64,000 bases of DNA from NCBI RefSeq assembly GCF_009834535.1, contig NC_045696.1, forward strand, positions 56,360,001 through 56,424,000, written 5' to 3'. The translations under genes were made by a program, and so were the position numbers. This DNA is from Camelus ferus. Taxonomy: Eukaryota. A model generated the notes under the pieces. That model saw nothing but the letters and a program-made list of their open reading frames with translations, did not search any database and was not told where the DNA came from. Position 1 is the stretch's first letter; each line of letters begins with the position of its first letter. Below are positions 38,891 through 52,973 of the stretch, piece by piece.

Positions 38891-39560
38891 ATGAAATATA
38901 AATGAAATATAAATAAATATTCTTTCAATGACTATAATTCATCCCAAGTTACTGCCTGAAAAGTTTCCAGGCCATAGTACAAGGAGGAAAACCCAAAGAG
39001 AACCTAGAAATCTTGCTAAGGTAAGGAGAATAGACTAGATTTAAGAACATCAAGGCAAACAGAATTTGTGAAGCAGAGTAATAAAGAAGAGGGAGAGCAA
39101 AGAGAGAGAGTGCTTTGGAAATTTGCAGGGGATCCTCTTAGTCTTTTTCTAAGTATTAATCTAGGCATGAGTGAGAAAAACTACTTGAAGTGAAAGAAAG
39201 AACCACAGGTAGGCAGTAGCTAAACAATTTCTGGAGTTCATACAGGGCTGTAAATGTGTTCCCATCAGCCAGAGTGGAGAGACCTCATAATATATAGGAC
39301 ATTGGATAGAATCCTCAGAAAAAAATGGAACTAAATTAACCCTAGACTAGAAATTACTCCAGACCTTCTCTAATAACACTTAAAAGTAAGGCTTAAAAGG
39401 ATCAAATTAGTCTCAAAAAACTCAATTGCATTCCAGGACAAAACCCAATGTTCTTTAAAGGAATATAACAAAATCCAGCATCCAAGAACATAAAATCCAA
39501 AATGTCCATCATCCAATAAAAAAATTACCAGGCAAGTAAAGAAGCAAAAAATAAAACCTA

Positions 39561-42500
39561 TTCCATGCAAATGGAAAAGCCAAAAAAGCAGGTGTAGCAG
39601 TACTGATTTCAGACAAAATAGACTTTAAAACAAAGGCCATAAAGAAAGATAAGAAGGACATTTTATAATGATTAAAGGAGTGATACGAGAGAGGATATCA
39701 CACTCGTTAATATATATGCACCCAATATAGGAGCACCTAAGTACATAAAACAATTACTAACAGAGATAAAGGGGGATATTGATGGGAATACAATCATTGT
39801 TGGAAATTTTAACACCGCATTAACATCACTAGACAGATCTTCCAGACAGAAAATAAATAAAGCAACAGAGAAATTAAATAATACAATAGAAAAATTAGAT
39901 TTGGTGGATATTTTCAGAGCATTATACCCCCCAAAAATAGGATATATATTCTTTTCAAGTGCACATGGAACATTTTCTAGGATTGATCGTGTACTAGGGC
40001 ACAAAAGAAACCTCAACAATTTTAAGAAGATAGAAATTATCTCAAGCATCTTTACTGACCACAATGCCATGAAACTAGAAATCAACAACAGAGAAACAAA
40101 GGAGAAAAAAAGGAAAGCATGGAGATTAAAAAATATGCTATTAAAAAAAACCAATGGGTCACTGAGGAAATCAAAGCTGAAATTAAAAAATACCTTGAGA
40201 CAAATGAAAATGAAAGCACAACCACACAAAATCTATGGGATACAGCAAAGGCAATGCTAAGAGGGAAGTTTATAGCGATACAGGCCTTCCTCAAAAAAGA
40301 AGAACAATCTCAAATAAACAATTTAACCCATGAGCTGAAAGAACTTTAAAAAGAAGAACAAAAAAACCCCAAAAGGCAGCAGAAGGAAGGAAATTATAAA
40401 GATCAGGGAGGAAATAAATAAAACAGAGATTAAAAACACCATAGAAAAAAATCAATCAAACCAAAAGCTGGTTTTTTGAAAAAGTAAATAATATCGACAA
40501 ACCTCTGGCCAAACTCACAAAGAAAAAAGAGAGAGCACAAATTAGCAAAATAAGAAAGGAAAATGGAGAAATTACAACAAATAAAATAGAAATACAGAAT
40601 ATCAAACAAGAATATTATGAAAAACTATATGGAACCAAACTGGATAACCTACAGAAGATGGACAAGTTTCTGGAAACATACAGTCCACCAAGACTGAATC
40701 AAGAAGAAACTGACCACTTGAACAAACCGATCACTAGAAATGAAATCGAAATAGCAATAAAAAACCTCCCTACAAATAAAAGTCCAGGACCGGACGGCTT
40801 CACCATGGAATTCTACCAAACATACAAAGAAGAACTCATACTAGTCCTTCTTAAACTCTTCCAGAAGATTGAAAAGGAGGGAATACTCCCAAACTCATTC
40901 TATAAAGCCACCATCACCCTGTTACCAAAACCAGGCAAAGACACTACAAAAAAAGAGAATTATAGGCCAATTTCACTGATGAACATAGACGCCAAAATCC
41001 TCACCAAAATATTAGCAAATAGAATCCAACAACACATAAAAAAGATTATGCATCATGACCAAGTGGGGTTCATCCCAGGGACACAAGGGTGGTTCAACAC
41101 ACGCAAATTAACCAATGTAATACATCACATCAACAAAAGAAAGGACAAAAACCACATGATCATCTCAATAGATGCAGAAAAAGCATTTGATAAAATTCAA
41201 CACTCATTTATGATAGAAACTCTCACCAAAGTGGGTATAGAGGGAACATATCTCAACATCATAAAAGCTATATATGACAAACCTACAGCCAGCATAGTAC
41301 TCAACGGTGAAAAACTCAAAAGCTTCCCACTAAAATCTGGGACAAGACAAGGATGCCCACTATTACCACTCCTATTCAACATAGTCTTGGAGGTCCTAAC
41401 CACAGCAATCAAGCAGGAGAGAGAAATAAAAGGGATCCAAATTGGAAAAGAAGAGGTAAAAGTGTCACTATATGCCAACGACATGTTACAATATATATAA
41501 AACCCTAAAAGGTCCACACAAAAACTACTAGAGCTGACCGAAGAATTCAGCAAGGTGGCAGGTTACAAGATTAACGTTCAAAAATCAGTTGCACTTCTTT
41601 ACACTAATGATGAATCAACAGAAAAAGAAAGTAAAGAAACAATCCCCTTTAAAATAGCACCCAAAGTAATAAAAATATCTAGGAATAAATCTAACCAAGG
41701 AGGTGAAAGAATTATACACAGAAAACTATAAACCACTGATGAAGGAAATTAAAGAAGACTTTAAAAAATGGAAAGATATCCCATGCTCTTGGATTGGAAG
41801 AATCAATATTGTTAAAATGGTCACATTGCCCAAGGCAATCTACAGATTTAATGCAATCCCTATCAAATTATCCAGGACATATTTCATAGAACTAGAACAA
41901 ATCATAATAAAATTTATATGGAACCATCAAAGACCTAGAATTGCCAGAGCATTACTGAAGAGAAAGAAAGAAGCTGGAGGAATAATTCTCCCAGACTTCA
42001 GACAATACTATAGAGCTACAGTCATCAAGACAGCATGGAATTGGTACCAAAACAGACATAGAGACCAATGGAACAGAATAGAGAGCCCTGAAAAGAACCC
42101 ACTAACTTTTGTTCAACTAATCTTTGACAAAGGAGGCAAGAATATACAATGGAATAAAGTCTCTTCAGCAAATGGTGTTGGGAAAACTGGACAGCAGCAT
42201 GTAAAACAAAGAAGCTAGAACACTCCCTTACACCATACACAAAAATCAGCTCAAAATGGATCAAAGACTTAAACATAAGACAAGATTCAATAAACCTCCT
42301 AGAAGAAAATATAGGCAAAACATTATCTGACATACATCTCAAAAATTTTCTCCTAGAAGAAATAAAAGCAAGAATAAACAAATGGGACCTAATGAAACTT
42401 ACAAGCTTCTGCACAGCAAAGGAAACCATAAGTAAAACAAAAAGACAGCCTACGGAATGGGAAAATTTTTTTGCAAATGAAACCAACAAAGGTTTGATCT

Positions 42501-43484
42501 CCAGAATATATAAGCAGTTCATACGACTCAATAAGAAGAAAATAAACAACCCAATCCAAAAACAGGCAAAAGACCTAAACAAGTAATTCTCCAAGGAAGA
42601 CATACAAATGATCAATAGACACATGAAAAAATGCTCAATATCACTAATTATCAGAGAAATGCAAATCAAAACTACAATGAGGTATCACCTCACACCAGTC
42701 AGAATGGCCATCATTCAAAAGTCCACAAATGACAAATGCTGAAGAGGCTGCGGAGAAAAGGGAACCCTCCTACACTGCTGGTGGGAATGCAGTTTGGTAC
42801 AGCCACTGTGGAAAACAGTATGGCGATTCCTCAAAAGACTAGGAGTAGACTTACCATATGACCCAGGAATCCCGCTCCTGGGCTTATATCCAGAAGGAAC
42901 CCTACTTCAGGATGACACCTGCACCCCAATGTTCATAGCAGCATTATTTACAATAGCCAGGACATGGAAACAGCCTAAATGTCCATCAACAGGTTACTGG
43001 ATAAAGAAGATGTGGTATATTTATACAATGGAATACTACTCAGCCATAAAAACCGACAACATAACACCATTTGCAGCAACATGGATGCTCCTAGAGAATG
43101 TCATTCTAAGTGAAGTAAGCCAGAAAGAGAAAGAAAAATACCATATGAGATCGCTCATATGTGGAATCCAAAAAACAAACAAACAAACAAAGCATAAATA
43201 CAGAACAAAAATAGACTCATAGACATAGAATACAAACTTGTGGTTGCCAAGGGGGCAGGGGATGGGAAGAGATAGACTGGGATTTCAAAAATGTAGAGTA
43301 CATAAACAAGATTATACTGTATAGCACAGGGAAATATATATAAGATCTTATGGTAGCTCACAGAGAAAAAAATGTGACAATGAACATATATATGTTCATG
43401 TATAACTGAAAAATTGTTCTCTTCACGGGAATCTGACACAACATTGTAAAATGATTATAAATGAATAAAAAATGTCAAAAAAAA
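39561..43484 (+). mobile_element. Youngest long L1 in the window, 5'-truncated in the endonuclease domain; ORF2 disrupted
   Basis: Long ORF2 pieces at 40658-41500 (RT; catalytic motif reads YAND, then a stop), 41703-42218 and 42794-43222. It has a 3' UTR with aataaa and an A tail. Degenerate TSD aaaaataaaacctat / aaaaaaaaccctat. Confidence 0.95.
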
Positions 43485-44694
43485 CCCTATAGCCATACAT
43501 TTTAAAAATTCAATAAAAACATACAGAAATAATAGAAACAATATAATTGGCACACAAGGACTTTAAAACAACTATTATAAATATGCTCAAAGACATAAAA
43601 CAGAACATAAACAAAATGAGGAGAGAAATGGACAATATAGAAAAGACCTAAATCTTTTATTTATCTAATAAAATATCTAAAATCTTTTTTATCTAGAGAT
43701 CAAAGTATAATTCTAAAAGAAAAAATATACTAGGTTAGACACTGCAAAAATAAAATATTGGTTACCTTAAAGACAAAGCAATAGAAATTATCCAAAATGA
43801 AGTACGTAGAGAAAAACAGTTGATAAAAATGGAGGTAGCCTTGTGACTTATTGAACAATAGCAAGTGGTTTCTAACATACATGTAACTGAAGTTCTAGGG
43901 AAAAAGGAGAGAAAATATTTGAAATAAATAATGACCAATATTTTTTCACATTTGATGAAAAATGTTAACCTACAGATTCAAGAAGCTCAAACAACCCCAA
44001 GCAAAATAAACACTGAAACAGACACAGACACAAACACACAAACACACCAATGCACAGTATAATGAAATTACTGAAAACCAGTGATAAAGATAAAATTTTA
44101 GATGTAGTTGGATTATGTATAGAGAAACAACAGTAATACAACAGATTTCTCATTTAAATTATGTAAGCCAGAAGAGAGTGGAATGACATCTTAAAAGTCA
44201 ACCCAGAATACAATACCCAGTGAAAATGTCTTTTGGAAATGAAGGTAAAATAAAGACATTTCAAAAAAGAAAACCTGAGACATGCAATACAAGAAATGTT
44301 AGAGGAAATTCTTCAGGTAGAAAGAAAAATGATACCAGAATCAAATCTGGAAAGAAGAGTGTGGGAAATGATGAATGTGTGGGTAAATGTAAAAAAAAAA
44401 AAAAAAATTGTGTTCTTTTTTAAAGCTATGCTCATCAGCATGTACAAATTAGAAAAACACGCATATACTGAATTCTCTTTTATACCCATATCATTTTTCA
44501 AATGTAACTTCCTTCGTTCATATTTTCCCAGCTGAGTTGGTACCTGCATTACCAACAATAAAGCTGAATCATAAAAAGCATCCAGGGCCATGAAGTGATG
44601 AGATGAATGTGTAAGGGGATGGTGAATACATGAAAGCAGAACTCCATGGTCACTAATTCCCTTTTCCTCCAAAACACTTTTGCTTCCAATATTC

Positions 44695-44960
44695 ATTCAC
44701 TTAATAAACTTTTTTGAACACCAGCAATGTGACAGGCATTGTTCTAGGCACCTGGAATGCTAGGAACAAAAGAAAGACCCCTACCTTTATAGAATTTGTA
44801 TTACAATGGGGGAGTCAAACAGTAATCAGTGGACATAACACATACATAAATTAAATAGTATCTGGAAGATGTTAAGAACAATGGAGGAAAAGGTACGTCA
44901 GGGCAAGAGCATTTGGGAATGCCAGAGGTGGAGTGAAGCAATTCTAAATGATGTTGCCAG
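44695..44960 (-). mobile_element. LINE-2 3' end
   Basis: cattcacttaataaac...atgtgacaggcattgttctaggcacc. Confidence 0.7.
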
Positions 44961-45199
44961 GTTTGTCTACACAGACCTAAAAAGTTAAAGGCGGATTCTA
45001 TTTTGAAAACTATGACAGCTTTCTACATTTATCTCTCCCTTGTTATTGCAGGGAATGAGTGGTATTGTTCCTATTTTACATAGATGGATATACATACACA
45101 TATACATATACACACATACGTATCTATTAGATAAAGCAAATAAGTAATTATGTTCATGTCACTGGAAACAGATTTTCAAAGTAAGAGAAAAGAGATATA

Positions 45200-45590
45200 C
45201 ATATAAAATAAATAAGAATCTTTCAATGTTTTATTTAAGTGGGAAGTATCAGTATGGACTCAGAATTTTTCTTTTCCTAAAACATTCATATTCCCTAGTT
45301 TGTTAACTGAGGTTTGGAAGTAATTACAGCCCAGTAACAATCAGGACTCCAAGTGCCCAGACTGTAGTCTCTAAAACCACTTTCACTAAAAGGACTCAAG
45401 ATTTCTTTAGTGAAATGGCCAATTTAATTGTGGAGCTGGAAATATATGAGACGAAACTGGGGCATCTTGTCATATTAGAAAATAAAAAAGACCACAGATA
45501 TTACAGAATCATGTCAAAGGGATGCAGAGTCAACAGGCTCCCACTGGCCAATGACAAGATAATTTGAGCATCACTAAGAATAACAATAGT
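45200..45590 (+). mobile_element. L1MC4/L1MD-like 3' UTR fragment
   Basis: cccagtaacaatcaggactccaagtgcccagactgtagtctctaaa...ggctcccactggccaa...ataatttgagcatca. Confidence 0.6.
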
Positions 45591-46718
45591 AGTGCACTGA
45601 AACATATATGGCACATAGTAGGCATGCAATAAATGATTATTAAATAAATGAATGGATTTAGCATTGGTGGTATTAATAGGATATTGTTGAGGTCTACAAC
45701 ATTGATTTAATGGCTCCTCCATGAGGAGAGATGGTGTAAATTTCTCTTCCTTTCAAATATCGAGAAAAATTATCTTTTTTCTGGAACATTTTAATAGCAT
45801 GAATAGTATGTTTCTTTCTCTTCTGGCTTCTGGGAAGCTTAGGATCAAATGTGTGGTTCACTCACAGCAACTGTGCAGTGTTAGGCTTTCTAGCTCATTT
45901 TATTATCTTATGACTATTTTCCTTTTGCCCTGCTTTCCTTACCTCTTCATTTTTCAAATCACTACATGTTTTATATTAAAAGCAGGAGAAAGGACAATTG
46001 AAGTATTAGGAATGTTTCTACCCAGTGTGAGCAAACAGATACATTATTTGAAGTACTTCGGCTTCAGGCTACCCAGTAAGAAGAGGTAAGTCAGAACCAC
46101 ATGCAAATTTATCAAAGCACCACCCACAGCACTGTACTAGATGTTTTACTAAGGTTCCTTCCGGCACTAATATAGTCTGAAGTATTGGCTCTCCATTAAC
46201 TTTGTTAATGTAGCAGGGAATACATGGATGATTATAAATAGCAGGAAATGTAAAAGGAATTTTTAATTGCCTTTGAATGCACAGCGTTATGTCCTGGTAA
46301 CAGACTTACAAACATCCTGAATATGGGTAACTTAAACTAACAGTAAAATTCACATCTATTCTTTGAGCATACATTGCTTTTAATGGGGGCAACAAGCAGG
46401 ATACAAGAAGGGCAGAAGGGATTAAACCTCCCTAATCAGAGAGATCCTCAACATAAAATGACTCACCATTGTACATTTTTTCTAAGAGAGCATGAGATTA
46501 TGGTGGGAAAGTATTGCATATATATGAACAGAGTCAGTCAGGGAAAGTAGGTGAAGTCACAGAATGTTGGAGGTGGAAGCAACCTCAAATATAGTAAAGT
46601 CCCATCTCTCCATTATGGGTCAGGAAACTGCCCCATAGAGGTTGGGAGACTCAGGGTCACATGGTGAGTGTAAGAACAGAATCTTGGTCTCCCAAGTTCA
46701 GTGCTCATTCTATACTAC

Positions 46719-48012
46719 TTTTTTTTTTAATTTAAAGTATAGTCAGTTTACAATGTTGTGTCAACTTCTGGTGTACAGCATAATGTTTCAGTCACATAGA
46801 TACATACACCTATTTGTTTTCTTTTTTTTTTCATTATAGGTTACTATAAGATATTGAATATACTTCCCTGTGCTATACAGAAGAAACCTGTTTATCTATT
46901 TTATATATAGTAGTTAGTATCTGAAAAATTCAAACCCCCAATTTATCCCCTCCCACCCCTTTCCCCACCCCGATAACCACAAATTTCTTTTCTATGTCTG
47001 TGAGTCTGTCTCTGTTTTATAAATAAGTTCACTTGTGTCTGTCTTTTTTTTTTTTTTTAAGATTCCATATATAGGTGATATCATATGGTATTTTTCCTTT
47101 TTCTTCTGGCTTACTTCACTTAGACTGACATTCTCCAGGTCCACCTATGTTGCTGCAAATGGCACTATTTTATTCTTTTTTATGGCTGAGTAGTATTTCC
47201 ATTCTATATATATTCCACATCTTCTTTATCCAGTCATCTGTTGATGGACATTTAGGTTGCTTCCATGTCCTGGCTATTGTAAATAGTGCTGCTGTGAACA
47301 CTGGGGTGCACAAATCCTTTTGAATTAGAGTTCCTTCCAGATACATGCCCAGGAGTGGGATTGCTGGATCATATCTTTTTAGTTTTTTAAGGAATCTCCA
47401 TACTGTTTTCCACAGTGGCTGCACCAAACTACATTCCCACCAACAGTGTAGGAGGGTTCCCTTTTCTCTACACCCTCTCCAGAATTTATCATTTGTGGAC
47501 TTTTTAATGATGGCCATTCTGACTGGTGTGAGGTGATACCTCATTGTAGTTTTGATTTGCATTTCTCTGATAATTAGCAATACTGAGTATTTTTTCATAT
47601 GCCTATTAGCCATTTGTATGTCTTCACTGGAAAATTGCTTGTTTAGGTCTTCAGCCCATTTTTGGATTGGGTTGTTTGTTTTTTGTTATTGAGTTGTATG
47701 AGCTGTTTGTATATTCTGAAGATTAAGCCCTTGGCAGTCCTATCATTTGCAAAAATTTTCTCCCATTCTGTAGGTTATCTTCTTGTTTTGTTTATAATTT
47801 CTTTTGCTGCGAAAAAAGCTTACATGTCTAATTAGGTCCCATTTATTTATTTTTGCCTGGGTAGACTGCCCTAGAAGAACAACACATAGAAAAGGTTGCA
47901 CACTATGATCAAGTTGGATTCATTCCAGGGATACAAAGATGGTTCAACATACGCAAATCAATCAATGTGATATACCGTATCAAAAGAAAGGACAAAAATC
48001 ACATGATCATCT
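46719..48012 (-). mobile_element. Young L1 with a 5' inversion
   Basis: Antisense 3' end at 46719-47878 (poly-T first) is joined to a sense-strand RT-domain piece at 47878-48012. Confidence 0.88.
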
Positions 48013-49571
48013 ATTTCACTACTACCTTAAAGGACCTTTAAAGGAAGTTGTGGTTGGACTTTCACACATTTGGAACAGCGGGGGCAAAGGCCAGGACTTG
48101 GGGAGGGAAGATGGAGACTATATGTGTGTGTTTTGGGGAGTGCTGGATGGGAATGGTGACCAGAAGGCAGGCAAGTTTGATCTGAATACACAGAATGTGT
48201 GCAGGACAAGTGGAGGCATTTGAAGCAGGCAGGGTCTTAAGGAGGCCATTCAAGGGCTGCAGTTAGAATTTTGTGGAGGAGGTCAGGAGAGAAAAGGAAC
48301 ACTGAAAGGGAAAGAATATTCTCTTGGGAGAGTATAACTTTTGGAACTTGTACATTTTCTTCCCAACAGTGTAATACAGACTGAATTAATCTGCTTCTCA
48401 GAACCTCAGATTTGCCTTATAAAAGAGGGAGAAATGATAAATGTTCCCTTTTAAAGCCTTTGAAGTGCCTCCAATTAAATTTTCCACATACTTTCATGGT
48501 TTCTGAATAATCATCCCCAGGACCCTGGAGCAGGGCCCGTGCAGGGAATCTTGATTCACTGGAGGGAAGAGCAGGGGGAGGAGACATGGCTGCTCCAAAC
48601 ACATCCCTCTTGGGGGATTTCAGAAGCAGAAGGGAAACACTGGGTGCCCCCTGGCAGGGATGGGAGGTAGGCAGGGTTGAGGAGGAAGAAGAGTAGACTT
48701 GACTCACTCCTTTAGTCTAGTGTGAGTCTCAGAGAAAACAAATCTCTGGGATCCCTGGCTCTGTATTCATTCTTGGACTATATCACCATTCTCCCTTAAT
48801 CCCTCTACTCCAAAGCCTCTGCTTTCCAGTTTCCCAGCCCACAGTCAGTGATCTTTTCATAAGCTGGAAAACATTTTTGCTTAACATTACAGAAGACTAT
48901 ACTTAACCTTTTAATTCCATATTTTTTTGTACTTTTCTTCTACTAAACCTGATTTCTCCCTTTGCTAACAGTGTTCACAATTTTTTCTGGCTGCTTGATA
49001 GAATTAAAGTGAATCAGACTGGCTGTTGGATTGGGTCCCCTATAGAATCTGGGCAACAGTGCTGTAAGCAGTAGGCATACTGTAAACAGTAGGTCAACTG
49101 AATGCAGAGCACACGCTGGGCCCCTGGGCCAATTCAGCCCTTCATCCCAATACATGGGGTCTGGCTTCACTTCACATATCCCAGGACCATTGGGTATAAT
49201 GAGTAGCCAGTAATGGACAAAACTGAGACTGAATTTTAAGTCTCATCTCCATCATTTTCTATTTGTGGCACCTTAAGTTAGTCACTTAACTTCTCCAATT
49301 CTTAGCTGCCTCCTGAAATGAAGATAATACTATCCATACCTCACAGGTTTTGTTGATGATTAAATCATATTATGTCTAGGATGAAGGCAAATATAATACA
49401 CTAAATCATCAATAAATATTGGCTTCTTTCATTTCCACAGTAAAGAAGGGTCTTCTATACAGAAGACTTGGGTCACATAACCAACATTATTCATCTTGTT
49501 TCTCTTAAGTTTCTAATAGAATCCAAAGTTCTAAATTATTGTTTCTTCTAACATGAAGAGTAATGACCTTT

Positions 49572-49697
49572 TTGCGAGGGCAGTTGTGGTCATTAGGTTT
49601 ATTTATTTATTTATTTTAATGGGGGTACTGCGGATTGAACCCATGACCTTGTGGATGGTAAGCATGAACTCTACCACTGAGCTATACTGTACCCCCC
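49572..49697 (-). mobile_element. Vic-1-type SINE
   Basis: Same tRNA-like head as the other copies. 16-bp TSD aagagtaatgaccttt (49556-49571) / aagagtaatgatcttt (49698-49713). Confidence 0.9.
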
Positions 49698-51136
49698 AAG
49701 AGTAATGATCTTTATACAGTATTTAAAATCAAATTTTGAAAGAATAATGAATTACAGATTCCCGATGGCAGAGGCCATGTTCATTAATGCAGGAAATATT
49801 GATTGATCAACTATTATGTGCTGGTCACTGTGCTGAGAGCTAGGGATGCAGCAGGGAATAAGACAACGCTGTCTTGTTCTAGCACCTAGCACAGAGCCTG
49901 GTACACAGCAGTTCATACTTGTTGAAGCGAATCCAGAGATATTAAGAAAACATTGTATAGCATAGGCGTCCTAGACTCCTAGAAACAATACTCAGGACAT
50001 CTAGATACTCCTATAACTAAGCAGAAACAGGAGGTTTGATTCATAAAGAGGGGCTGGAAAATCCCCCTGACTACTGTGGGAGCATCTCCTGCTTTCAGAG
50101 ACCTGCCCTGATGTGTTTTGCTGACTCTCTCTATACTTTCAGGTATAAACTGGCACAACCACACAAACTGGGCTGTGAGTCACTACTGCCTTATAGACGG
50201 ATCTCAGAGACCTATTAACACTCCACACTATTGCCAGGGGCTGGAGTTGGGAATTTAAAAAAAAAAAAAAAGGCAACATACTAACTTCCCTCACCAACTT
50301 CCCAGAGTTGTGCTATTACCTAAAAGCACTCAGGTACTATTATGCAAATTATACATGCATGATTTCCATAAAAACCAGTCACAAATATCAATTAGAGCTC
50401 ATTAATATGCAATAAAATTCTCACTTGAAAACTATTAAGAGCCAAGAATGAATTCCACTTGGCTGCCCTCCTTTAATGAGAACTGCTGTGAAGTGCTCTA
50501 TGCTATTTCTCATCAGCGAAACAGTAAGGTGTCATGACAGATCAAGCTTCAGGCAACAGAAGGACAAGAGAGAATGATCATTTGAAGGATTCAAAGACTG
50601 GTTTTGGACAGGTTGGAAGTTTTATGCTGCTATGGCTAAGACCTCAGTCCAGAACGCAGGCTGAGTGAATTCATTAATCTACCTTGCAAATGGAGCCATG
50701 GTGATACAGATCACTGCTTTAAAGGATGTTTGTAAGGGGGCCACACCGCTGGAAAAAGGTAAATAAAACCGATCCTGAGGTCGGTTTGTTCAGGAAAATG
50801 AATGTTCTACTCCCCAAAAGAAGCAGAGATCTGAGGCCCTTGGAATTAATGGGACTCACCCTCTAAAAGCCTTCTGGTCAGGATTTTTATGACTGAATTT
50901 ATATGCTGTGTCACTGAGTTCCAGTTTCATCTGGCCATTGGATTTCTCTCAACTGTTGTTCAGTGTGGTTGTGCAATCCAAGACACTTGTGCAAGAGTGA
51001 TTCAGGCTCTTTGAGGATAAAGAGATGGAAAATATAAGCTATCAACACTACACTCTTCATTCTGCAGCCATTTCCTTATCAAAATGGCTTAAACTTGGCC
51101 AGGTAGAGAATAGGCTTTTCTAAGTATAGTTTAACC

Positions 51137-51320
51137 CAGCGGTTATCAAACTTTAGTGTACATAAGAATCCCTGGAGAGCTCCCTGAAAACACTGATTAC
51201 AGGCCCTCACCACCAGAGTTTCTGATTCAGTAGGGCTGGAGAATTTGCCTTTCTAGTAAGTTCCCAGGTGATACTGCAGCTGTTGATCTGGGAATCAATC
51301 ACACCATGAGAACCAAAGTC
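51137..51320. mobile_element. MER5A-like MITE
   Basis: cagcggttatcaaactttagtgtacataagaatccctggagagct...tttctgattcagtaggg...ttctagtaagttcccaggtgat...gagaacca. Confidence 0.85.
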
Positions 51321-52387
51321 TAGCTTAAGGAAGTAGAAAACTTTCATTAGAGTTTCAACCACACAATCCTTGGAATAACCTTTAACTTGTTACTCCAAGC
51401 TACTGTGAGGAGGCTCATGCACAAATATATAGATCAAGTCATTTGAATCACTCACTAGAAATTAATTTCAGGGAAATACTATTGAGAAATTAGACACCTA
51501 GAATAGCACTCAGTTTTTTCATTAGTCAAACCATGATTCTCCAATGTTTGTTTGGACATGAGATGCTTATCAGTTATTGACCCTCTCCTGAAAAACATGC
51601 AAACATCTAATACTTTACATACAAAATCAGGGGACGGGATCACAGGCCATCGATCAACCTCCATAAACTTACGAAACACAAAACCCATTCATGACGCGTG
51701 AGAAGGCTCATTTCAAAACACAACTCAAGTGAAACCAGGGATAAAAAAAAATTAAGTTTTTCTTTATATTATTCTCATAAAACAAATATTTATTTATGGC
51801 TACCCACAAATAAAGCATGGTGCATTAAAATGACAAATAAAATTAAATTAAAATTTAATTCAAATTTTAATAGTCCTTTTAAAATGTTTTTTCTTTAGTA
51901 TAATAACCTTTGTCTTTTAATTGGAGTAGTTTATTCTTAAGCTAATTATGGACATACATGAGTTTAAATCTCTTTGTTACTATTTGTTTTATTTTTCAAA
52001 TCTATTCTACATTCTTTTCCTCATATTTAAAAAATTTTTTGTATTTTGTATTTTATACCATTTTCCTATCAGCTTTTGAAAAAACAGCTTTTTTGAGCTA
52101 TAAATTACATACAATAAACCACATGTATACATTTGATAAGTTTTGACATATGCATACCCTGTAAAACCATTCTTTCATTCAAAATAATGAACTGGTAGTG
52201 ACAGTCCTCCAACTTTCTTCCTTCTTTTAAAGTTGTTTTGGCTATTCTAGATACTACCATGAATTTTAAAATGAGGTTATCATTTCTATAAGAAAGTCAT
52301 CTGGGATTTTGATTGGGACTGAACTGAATCTATAGATCATTTAGGAGAGAATTAATGTCTTAACAGTACTGAATCTTTTAACCCATT

Positions 52388-52748
52388 TGTCTTTCAGCTA
52401 AGCTGCTATAACAAAATACCATAGACTAGGTGGCTTATAAGCAACAGAAATTTATTTCTCAAAGTTCTGGAGGTTGGAAGTCCAAGATCATGGTATCAAC
52501 ATGATCATGTTCTGGAGAGAGCCCCCTTTCTGTTTGCTGATAGCTGACTTCTTGCTGTATCCTCACATGCTGGAAAGAGAGCTACCTAGCTCTCTGCCCT
52601 CTTCTTATAAGGGCACTAATCCCATTCTTGAGGGCTACCCTCATGATCTAATCACCTCCCAAAGGCCTTGTCTCCAAATACCACCACATTGAGAACTAGA
52701 TTTCAACACATAAAGTTTGGAGAGGACACAAACTTTCAATCCATAGCA
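52388..52748. mobile_element. MLT1A-like MaLR solo LTR
   Basis: tgtctt...gctgctataacaaaataccatagactaggtggctta...ggaagtccaagatca...taatcacctcccaaaggcc...caatccatagca, with TG...CA termini. Confidence 0.9.
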
Positions 52749-52925
52749 TCTATGAACAAGGTATACCTCTCCATTAAATAGCAGAGATAAAGGTCTTCTT
52801 TAATTTCTCTCTATAATGTTTTATAGTTTTCAGTGTATAGTTCTTGCACAATTTTTATCAGATTTATCCCTGAGTATTTCATATTTTTTGATGCTATTAT
52901 AATTTTTTTAAGATCCTAATTTCAG

Positions 52926-52968
<43 letters not shown>

Positions 52969-52973
52969 GCACA
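52926..52973. repeat. (TA)n(CA)n compound microsatellite
   Basis: Seen directly in the sequence. Confidence 0.95.

Larger units (their letters stand above)
38700..44410 (+). mobile_element. Ancient L1M 5' region and ORF1 remnant, split by the young L1 at 39561-43484
   Basis: A-rich ORF1-like sequence (aaggactttaaaacaactattataaatatgctcaaag; cctacagattcaagaagctcaaacaacccc) continues on both sides of the insertion. Confidence 0.65.

Noticed and set aside
40658..43222. Reverse transcriptase ORFs as an active retroelement or a novel RT system
   Set aside because: Ordinary L1 ORF2, 5'-truncated, with stops and frameshifts and the catalytic motif altered to YAND.
50517..50790. + strand exon-like segment and small hairpin aaaccga-N8-tcggttt
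   Set aside because: All three frames are closed, and a 7-bp stem is expected by chance in 64 kb.
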